This document shows, in pieces, positions 57,090 to 64,000 of a stretch of DNA of 64,000 nt (position 1 is the stretch's first letter; each line of letters opens with the position of its first letter). A model generated the notes under the pieces. The model had not been told where the DNA came from. It did no database searches and saw only the letters and a list, made by a program, of their open reading frames with translations. The stretch is from Bacilli bacterium (GTDB lineage: Bacteria; Bacillota_I; Bacilli_A; RF39; UBA660). Where the stretch lies: assembly GCA_036653735.1 (NCBI GenBank), contig JAVVTI010000001.1, positions 8,881 through 72,880 on the forward strand. The letters are read 5' to 3'. Both the position numbers and the translations under genes were made by a program.

Positions 57090-59324
57090 TTAGTTGTCAA
57101 TACAATTTGGTATTAATTTTTGCAATAGACCTAGCAACCATGTTTTACGTAGCTTATTTTCATTTATCTTCAAAGCGTCTATAAAAGTTCCAATATCTCC
57201 AATATCTGTATGTGCTATCCTACATCTTGTATCAGCTACATATAATAGTTCTTTTGATAACATTCTAATATGTTGGTTAGATACAATGGATATACAATAA
57301 TCTACACTTGAACCTTGTGATGAATGAGTTGAGATAGCATATCCTAGTAATAGTCGATTCATTTTTAATTTATTAAAGTATAATAATTCTTCATCAAATT
57401 TTATGATTAAACCATCTTTTAAAACTTCCATAATTGTTCCAACTTGCCCATTTAACACGATTGAGGTTTCAACATCATCTTCTGATAAATAATCTTCTTC
57501 TTGCATTTTTTTATATCCATCATAAGTGGCGATAGAGTAATCATTCTTTTTATTAACAACTAAATCATTTACTCTGAACACAATTCCAATATTATTAATT
57601 TTTCGACTATGACAAACATCACCTTTTTTTGGTGGATTTATTTCTCCTTGTATCGCATTATTTAACGCATATGTACCACTATCCCCAACATTGAATGGTG
57701 ATAATATTAAAATATCATCACGATTTATTCCCTTATTTAACAGTCTTTTATATTCTGCTAAGGTTGTGTCAAAAACTTCATCTGTATTTATGAATTTGTA
57801 GTTATTTTGAATGGAATAATTATTCTCATTTTTGACTACCATTGAATTATCATCAAAGAAGTTAATACCTTTTCTAATATTGGTTGCGACAAATAAAGAA
57901 CCGTCACTTGTATATCTAAATATTTCGTCTAAAATGGTTTTTGGAACTCTATCAGATTCAATTAAATCAGTAAATATCTTACTCAATCCTATTGCAGATA
58001 ATTGTGCATGGTCACCAACTAATACGATTCTTACGTTTTTATTTATGATTGAATTTAATAACATTATAAATACATCTAAAGAACACATACTAGATTCATC
58101 AAGGATAACACAATCTGTGTCAATATCTCCGTTATAGCAACGTTTATGGACTGTACTAGCATCTCTATTCGTTGCTTGGCTTAATACTCTACTTGCCTTG
58201 CCTGTGGTTGACAATAAGGTATACGATAGTCCATTATCTTCCATTAAATTAACCAACCCTTTTACACTTGCACTTTTGCCACTTCCACTATAACCACATA
58301 ATATGCTAAAATTATACTTACAAAAATTTTCCAATGCGTTAAGTTGTAAATCTGTCATTTCAAAATCACCTAAGTTACCATACTTTTTATAGTCGATATC
58401 TAATACATTAGAGTTTTTTAACCTTTCTTCTATAAAATCAGCAATTCTGTATTCAGCGTTATAAGTTGACATTTTAGCTAAATCTTTTGATTCTTTGTCA
58501 AAATAAATTAGTTCGCTATTTTCTGCAACGTCTTTTACTTGTTTTAATAATTCGTCCATTCCATATTCATGTGCATAATAATATAAATCAGAACCATTCA
58601 TTCTTGATGAACCATCAATTTCATTTCGTCCTAGTATATCTAATTCCATAGATTCTATCCGTTGGAAACTATCTTTTAAGTCAGGTCTTATTCCTAATAA
58701 CATTTTATCAACTTTATCAAAAGAACGATTTAATACTTGTGCTAAAATATAATATGGACGGTCTTTAAAATTCTTTTCAATTCCATTATCATCAATAAAA
58801 TTTGTATAGAGTGTTTTACAATCAGTGACATTAATCTCATATTCTTTATATTGTTTAATTAAATAAAAATATTTATACTTTTCAAGTAAAATTCTTGCAT
58901 AACATTTGGCTCTAAATTCACCGACATTATATATTTTACTAAGGTCGATTTCTTCTAAACGATTATCTAATACCATTCTAACAAAATTAGGACAACCATC
59001 ATTCACATATTTTGCTTGAGTAGTGGTGGTTACAGATTGGAGAATACCTAATTCATCTTCTTCTTTAATATCCTCCAAACATTCAAGTGTAGGGCAATCT
59101 ATAATTTTATAAGACGTACCATACTTTGAAGTTTCTAGTTCTTCTACTACCAACTCGTATTCTTGTCCAATTGTAACCCAGCTTAATTCACCTTTACAAC
59201 TGAAATTAAAATATTGATTTACTTTTAATTCTCTATAAGTTCCGATAGGCACAAAAGTAATGATATAAAAATCGTTGTTGTGATACATCTCCCTCATTGC
59301 TTTAGCTTTAATCTTTAATGGCAT
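57090..59324 (-). CDS. RecD-like SF1 DNA helicase
   Basis: Walker A GYSGSGKS; DESSM; LVGDHAQL; STHSSQGSSVD helicase motifs. Confidence 0.75.
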   Translation of the reverse strand: MPLKIKAKAMREMYHNNDFYIITFVPIGTYRELKVNQYFNFSCKGELSWVTIGQEYELVVEELETSKYGTSYKIIDCPTLECLEDIKEEDELGILQSVTTTTQAKYVNDGCPNFVRMVLDNRLEEIDLSKIYNVGEFRAKCYARILLEKYKYFYLIKQYKEYEINVTDCKTLYTNFIDDNGIEKNFKDRPYYILAQVLNRSFDKVDKMLLGIRPDLKDSFQRIESMELDILGRNEIDGSSRMNGSDLYYYAHEYGMDELLKQVKDVAENSELIYFDKESKDLAKMSTYNAEYRIADFIEERLKNSNVLDIDYKKYGNLGDFEMTDLQLNALENFCKYNFSILCGYSGSGKSASVKGLVNLMEDNGLSYTLLSTTGKASRVLSQATNRDASTVHKRCYNGDIDTDCVILDESSMCSLDVFIMLLNSIINKNVRIVLVGDHAQLSAIGLSKIFTDLIESDRVPKTILDEIFRYTSDGSLFVATNIRKGINFFDDNSMVVKNENNYSIQNNYKFINTDEVFDTTLAEYKRLLNKGINRDDILILSPFNVGDSGTYALNNAIQGEINPPKKGDVCHSRKINNIGIVFRVNDLVVNKKNDYSIATYDGYKKMQEEDYLSEDDVETSIVLNGQVGTIMEVLKDGLIIKFDEELLYFNKLKMNRLLLGYAISTHSSQGSSVDYCISIVSNQHIRMLSKELLYVADTRCRIAHTDIGDIGTFIDALKINENKLRKTWLLGLLQKLIPNCIDN

Positions 59325-59429
59325 TTAATTTCCTCCTTATTCCAGTTTTGTACAAAACAAAACCACTCTTTTAATCTGATAAATAGATTATATCATGTAA
59401 GAGTGGTTCAGTCAATGATTATTTTATTT

Positions 59430-60143
59430 TTATTTTGTCCATTGTTCAGCCATGGCTTTGGCAATGCCAGGGAACGTTTTACTTCTAATCAACGCTCTTT
59501 CTTGTGGTGTTTTAGCATTTACTAGAGCGTCAAAGAACCATAACGGTTGACGTTTAATTTTACCAGTTTTCTTATCTGTCCATTCTTTAAATTCTCCTTT
59601 CCCAACTATATCTGTAGGAATTAAATTAGGTAAACCTTTTAACCAAAGACACGTTGACTTTTCAAATTCATCTCCAAATTCCCAAGGGTGAATTATTTGA
59701 CTAGATTTAATTGGGAATGAATATTTTTCTTGTAAATCTGGAAAATGCTTTGCTATATAATTCCCACTAATAATTCCAATTGGATTCTCAATTGCTATTT
59801 TATCACAATCAGCATTAATAAAGTTCATAAAAAATTCGATACCTTCTCTTTGCCTACCATCTTTCCGTTTCTTTTCAAAATGAGCCGCCCCACTTACTGC
59901 TAAATGAGTACATGGTGGAAATGCAATAATCATATCCCATTTCCCATTAATTTTATGTGAAGTTCCGTCAACTGTATTAAAACTACAATTTCCGTTTAGT
60001 AATGGTAGTACATTTTGTTTAATGTGCCATTCTTGCCCCCCCCCACTCTCATTGATTAAATCACATGAATAAGCTTTATGCCCTAGTTTTCTTAATTCTT
60101 TTGTTACCGCTTGACTTTCTTCACACGCAACTAATATTCTCAT
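59430..60143 (-). CDS. Divergent DNA (cytosine-5)-methyltransferase-like protein lacking canonical motif I. Likely true start MRILVACEESQ at 60143.
   Basis: FPPCTHLAVSG (PC catalytic-Cys motif IV-like) and IENPIGI (ENV-like motif VI). No FxGxGG SAM motif. Translationally coupled to the upstream Dcm gene. Confidence 0.4.
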   Translation of the reverse strand: MRILVACEESQAVTKELRKLGHKAYSCDLINESGGGQEWHIKQNVLPLLNGNCSFNTVDGTSHKINGKWDMIIAFPPCTHLAVSGAAHFEKKRKDGRQREGIEFFMNFINADCDKIAIENPIGIISGNYIAKHFPDLQEKYSFPIKSSQIIHPWEFGDEFEKSTCLWLKGLPNLIPTDIVGKGEFKEWTDKKTGKIKRQPLWFFDALVNAKTPQERALIRSKTFPGIAKAMAEQWTK

Positions 60144-61048
60144 TTTTTTATATCTCCTTTTATATTTTTTAAAATATGTGATATTATATCTACAGTCCAA
60201 CCGTTCCCAATTGCAGAATATCGCCTAGAATCTGACACATTATCAGTATAATTATCTGGCAATGTTTGTAATCTTTCATATTCTATTGGCATAAGTTTTC
60301 TAATTTTATTGTTTTGGAATATTTTTTTTACAAGATTCCCTCCATTCCCATCACACAATAAAGTATTACATTTATGATTTAATCCGTAGACTTCTTTTGT
60401 CTGTCTGTGTCCACTTAAATGGATTGTTGCTTTTACTTTTACGTCACCATCATGTATCGTTATTGGATATTTTGTATACCAATATTTTTTAGGCACATTT
60501 TCTTCTGGTTCAACAATATCTTTGAGTAAAATCCCTTGGTCAATGGGTTGTATTACATTTGGAATATTAGTCCAATATAATCGTTTTCTTTCTGCTGCAC
60601 AAACCAAAGACGAATTAATCATAATTGGCTCAACCCCAACTATTTCAGTTATTAAATTTTTCCATTTATTTTCCATGCTTGCCACATTTTCTAATAAAAA
60701 ATATTTTGGTTTCACATATTTTAATATTCTTATATAGTCATAGAATAAACCACTTTTTTCTCCGTTTAGACCGATTACTTCACCTCTATCATATTTATAA
60801 TTACTTAAATCTTGACAAGGACTTCCGCCTATAATAATATCTATTGGCATGATTTTATTTAAAGTTTCTTCTGTAATATTTCTTATATCTCCGAGTTGGA
60901 TTATATTAGGATAATTCTTTTTGCTAATTTTTATTGAATATTCATCAATTTCGCTTGCATAATAATTATCAATTTCATCTCTCTTTCTCTCTCTCTCTAA
61001 TGCAACCATTCCACAACTTATTCCATCAAACAAACTTAATACATTCAT
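60140..61048 (-). CDS. dcm: DNA (cytosine-5)-methyltransferase
   Basis: Motif I LSLFDGISCG; IV GGSPCQDLS; VI LLENV; X GNGWTVDII. Confidence 0.85.
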   Translation of the reverse strand: MNVLSLFDGISCGMVALERERKRDEIDNYYASEIDEYSIKISKKNYPNIIQLGDIRNITEETLNKIMPIDIIIGGSPCQDLSNYKYDRGEVIGLNGEKSGLFYDYIRILKYVKPKYFLLENVASMENKWKNLITEIVGVEPIMINSSLVCAAERKRLYWTNIPNVIQPIDQGILLKDIVEPEENVPKKYWYTKYPITIHDGDVKVKATIHLSGHRQTKEVYGLNHKCNTLLCDGNGGNLVKKIFQNNKIRKLMPIEYERLQTLPDNYTDNVSDSRRYSAIGNGWTVDIISHILKNIKGDIKK

Positions 61049-61160
61049 TTTATATCTCCTTTTCAGCCTATTCTAGCCACTTTATCTCTATACCCTTACA
61101 ACTTTACCTAACCACGTTTATAATGGCTAGATAAGGCTGTTATGAGGTGTAGCGAGTGTG

Positions 61161-64000
61161 TTAATCTATTATAGAATACAATTTTAATATAGTTTCATAT
61201 TCTCCTGTATTTATCCAGTTTTCTTCTATCTTTTTTCTTTTTTCTTTAAACTCAAAAGCACAGTCCAATATATCTCCTTGTTTACATGGATAATCAGCAT
61301 ACCATTTCTTCGATACTTTATATGTATGGACATATCCAGTCCTAATTTCATATAAGGTTAAGAATGTATTTCCCCATTGATTCTTTTCTAATGATGCTAC
61401 TCCAAAATAATTGCAATCAGAATCTATGATATTAGTATAGCCCAATAGAATTAATTCATATTTAATTTTATCAATAGTTGTTGTCGGTTCAATTTTAGCA
61501 ACATCATACAACCTATTAATTAATTTGATATTGTCAATTTTTGTAAATGTTTTTTCTGTTTCATTATCAGAACATTTTCTGACAATATAATTCTCCATTT
61601 GAGATAATTTTTCTTTTTTTAATTGTTTTGATTTATAATACTTATTGTATAATTCTGTTAAGCATAATATATTATTTATCTCGCCAAATTCAGAAAAGTA
61701 ATTTAATCTTATTAAAATTCCGATACTTGTTGCATTCAATTCTGTATTTGATATTGTATCAATTAATTCTAATAATGATTCAAATTTTTTATCTTTTAAA
61801 TCATATAAAATATTAGGGGCGATTTTTTGGATATCTTTAATACTACTCATGTTTGGATATATAATTTTATTAGTTTCATTTACATTTACTTTTCTATTAT
61901 CATCTCGGAATTTATATTGCCCTATCTCATATCCATAGAACTCATTTGCTTCTTTTATTAATGAATCAATTTTGAGTTTATTATTTTTTAATTGGTAATG
62001 ATTAATAGCTACTTCATAAAATTTTGAAGTATAATGAGATTTGAACCATGCTAGATAAGCAGAATCACCTGCCATTGATAAAGCATGAGGGGCATTAAAT
62101 GAATACCTTGCAGACGATTCTATCACGTTCCATACCTTACTAAAATTATCTAAATTACCAATTTTTTCTAACCACCCTTTATTTAATTGCTCTTGTAATT
62201 TTTCTTTCTTTTCACCTTTTAATTTTTTCTTTGAAATTGATTTAATTACATCATATGTAGACCCCATTAACATACCTAAAAATCCTAATACTTTCATTAT
62301 TCCCTCTTGATATAATAAGAAGTGTTGGGAATCTTCTAATAATAAATCAATTGAAATTTCTCCTGTAGTATAAGTTTCTCTGTTCAAAAATACAGATAAT
62401 AATGTTGAAAAGCCCGGTCTTATTCCAGCTATAAAAGCAGATAATTCAGCTAAATTTTTAGGTTTATATTTTTTTACTTTATTAGTAGTTGATTCTTTTT
62501 CACATTGATTAATACAACAAGTGATTCCCTTTTCATAGACTCTCCATGTTAAAGAATCATTATTCACCATTTCTCTTAATTCATCAAAGGTTGGAACTTT
62601 TTTACCAATACTAGAAAAGCATTCTTCGATTAAGGAAACTGAATCTACAATTAAAAAATCATTCTTTACCATTTTAAAATCATCTAAATAAGAACCCTCA
62701 ATGCAAGCACATAATGTTCTTTTTTTAGTAGTTTCAGAAACGGCACTAATTAAACCCACTTTTCTTCTTATATCCCCTTCCATTAATAAATGACCACAAG
62801 TATGGCATTTTAAATTAATAATAATGCTTTGATATTCGATACTTTCTTTATATAATTGAATATATTCTGATGGAATAAAATCCTCTATAACAATGAATTC
62901 TTTATCTTCTTCATCAGCATACATTTTTTTATCATTATATGAATCAATACACTTTGAAATTTCATTAGAAATATCTACACTAATTCCTTTTGCTCCCGAG
63001 TATAATTGCCATGCCGATTTTTCTTTTAATTTCTCTATAGCCATAAGGGGATAACAACTTTCTTCCCCTATTACAATTCTTGATGCTTTCAAGAATGGTT
63101 CTTGCTTTGCTATATTAAAATCACAATCAGGCATTTGCCCAGACTGTATTCTTTCTTTAGTTAAAAATCTTTCGGGATAAATTGGTATTTCTGAATTAAA
63201 TCTGTCAATTGTCGTAAACCCTAATAATTTATTAATGTAGAAGGATGACATACTCCCTCTCGATGTTGTTGTCAAAATCCCACCTTGATTTTCGATTGCT
63301 TCCTTTAATATCTTTCTATTAGTCAAAAAGTAATCTACTACTCCACTATCAACGATTTGAGTTACTTCATATATAATTCCATTCTTTCTTTCTTCATTCC
63401 GAATTGGTTCTTTTCTATATTCTTCATTTAATATATCTTTAAATATTTTTACTCGTTCATCATAGGTAGTTTTCGGATAAGCAATTGGAATTTTAAATTC
63501 TTTATCAAATACAATATTATTGCATTCTGTCACAAATATATTAGTATTCATCATTGAAGTCAAAATTTCTTTATCGGATAGAACACCTTGTTTTTTGAAT
63601 CTATTATAAATTTCTTTACTGTTCGGATAATCTAAATACCACCCATTTTCATCTGCATATTCAATTTTTTTATACTTCAATATTTGGTTTCTTTTTATAT
63701 CATCTAATTCATAACTTATATAATGGCTATCTAATCCACATATAATTTGAATATCATTCTCTTTAGATAATTGTAGAATATGTTTGTTTAATTCTTTTTG
63801 TTTATCTGTATTATGGTTCTGTACCTCAAAGAAAAAATGATTCCCAAAATAACTTGCTATTTTTAGCCATATATCATCTGCATCTTCATATTTCCAACCA
63901 GCTATACAAGCAGATGTAATTATTATTTCTTTTGGGTTCAAGGTAAATAACAACTCTAAATCAATTCTTGGTTTATAATAATATCCATCAATATTAGCCA
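61161..64000 (-). CDS. dnaE: DNA polymerase III alpha subunit (DnaE-type), N-terminally truncated by the window edge
   Basis: FNAPHALSMAGDSAYLAWFKSHY resembles the DnaE signature FNKSHSAAYAL..AYLKAHYP. PHP-like N-region. The frame stays open upstream of 63953 to the window end. Confidence 0.8.
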   Translation of the reverse strand, partial: ANIDGYYYKPRIDLELLFTLNPKEIIITSACIAGWKYEDADDIWLKIASYFGNHFFFEVQNHNTDKQKELNKHILQLSKENDIQIICGLDSHYISYELDDIKRNQILKYKKIEYADENGWYLDYPNSKEIYNRFKKQGVLSDKEILTSMMNTNIFVTECNNIVFDKEFKIPIAYPKTTYDERVKIFKDILNEEYRKEPIRNEERKNGIIYEVTQIVDSGVVDYFLTNRKILKEAIENQGGILTTTSRGSMSSFYINKLLGFTTIDRFNSEIPIYPERFLTKERIQSGQMPDCDFNIAKQEPFLKASRIVIGEESCYPLMAIEKLKEKSAWQLYSGAKGISVDISNEISKCIDSYNDKKMYADEEDKEFIVIEDFIPSEYIQLYKESIEYQSIIINLKCHTCGHLLMEGDIRRKVGLISAVSETTKKRTLCACIEGSYLDDFKMVKNDFLIVDSVSLIEECFSSIGKKVPTFDELREMVNNDSLTWRVYEKGITCCINQCEKESTTNKVKKYKPKNLAELSAFIAGIRPGFSTLLSVFLNRETYTTGEISIDLLLEDSQHFLLYQEGIMKVLGFLGMLMGSTYDVIKSISKKKLKGEKKEKLQEQLNKGWLEKIGNLDNFSKVWNVIESSARYSFNAPHALSMAGDSAYLAWFKSHYTSKFYEVAINHYQLKNNKLKIDSLIKEANEFYGYEIGQYKFRDDNRKVNVNETNKIIYPNMSSIKDIQKIAPNILYDLKDKKFESLLELIDTISNTELNATSIGILIRLNYFSEFGEINNILCLTELYNKYYKSKQLKKEKLSQMENYIVRKCSDNETEKTFTKIDNIKLINRLYDVAKIEPTTTIDKIKYELILLGYTNIIDSDCNYFGVASLEKNQWGNTFLTLYEIRTGYVHTYKVSKKWYADYPCKQGDILDCAFEFKEKRKKIEENWINTGEYETILKLYSIID

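Noticed and set aside
36100-58137. Other antisense or overlapping ORFs in the track (36100..36345, 36705..36920, 37285..37662, 37687..37869, 39943..40125, 40728..41030, 42628..42846, 45516..45899, 45939..46127, 47535..47879, 47630..47827, 48616..48807, 51837..52352, 55020..55211, 56843..57067, 57094..57300, 57832..58137)
   Set aside because: Each lies fully inside a longer, motif-supported gene on the opposite strand or in another frame. This is typical of AT-rich sequence noise.
1-64000. Integrase, excisionase or serine / tyrosine recombinase needed to call this a prophage, or to drive the putative inversion switch
   Set aside because: No ORF in the window shows a recombinase fold or motifs (no R-H-R-Y or serine-invertase signatures recognised). 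Lysogeny, and activity of the inversion system, cannot be asserted from this window alone.

Overview
AT-rich (~27-30% GC) 64-kb window, almost certainly part of a large tailed phage or prophage of a low-GC anaerobic Firmicute (Clostridium-like). All calls are by eye from motifs and synteny; no database searches were run.

Layout, left to right:
- 1-3100: sparse AT-rich DNA with one GC-rich foreign-looking gene, terminator hairpins and a LexA (Cheo) box-like site.
- 3147-13947, minus strand: an early / metabolic block. It holds anaerobic class III ribonucleotide reductase nrdD-nrdG plus an NrdH-like glutaredoxin, a metallophosphoesterase, a SleB-like cell-wall hydrolase, a Gp157-family protein, and a PP-loop / PAPS-reductase-family gene split by a frameshift at a (CT)9 repeat. 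Three near-consensus TTGACA-N17-TGnTATAAT promoters drive this block.
- ~14100-15340: a 1.2-kb non-coding divergent control / ori-like region with nested palindromes, iterons and a conserved 50-bp palindromic element. That element is repeated at 3567-3620, so the two copies bracket the leftward block.
- 15415-55722, plus strand: a late operon. It runs: consensus promoter; split AntA/KilAC antirepressor; a 904-aa unknown protein with DxD and DFDSD motifs; two HU-like proteins; an IS200/IS605-family TnpB-only element followed by a tRNA-Gln-like gene; putative small and large terminase; portal; protease-scaffold; capsid; Ig-like tail proteins. Inside the tail module sits a moron carrying a MazF/PemK-like toxin and a Bro-N antirepressor behind its own consensus promoter. 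A RuvC-like resolvase, a 1419-aa tape measure protein, a 1011-aa repeat-rich tail fibre, tail/baseplate proteins, holin and an M15 endolysin with PG-binding repeats follow.
- 55773-64000, minus strand: a replication / nucleotide module. It holds 5'(3')-deoxyribonucleotidase, guanylate kinase-like protein, RecD-like helicase, a canonical Dcm C5-methyltransferase translationally coupled to a divergent MTase-like gene, and a DnaE-type polymerase truncated by the window edge.

Most novel-looking signal: a candidate shufflon / Min-like DNA-inversion host-range switch at 53373-54519. A small tail-tip gene and two oppositely oriented alternative C-terminal cassettes share a 19-27-bp dyad-symmetric site that encodes LNTDLT. 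No recombinase is visible in this window.
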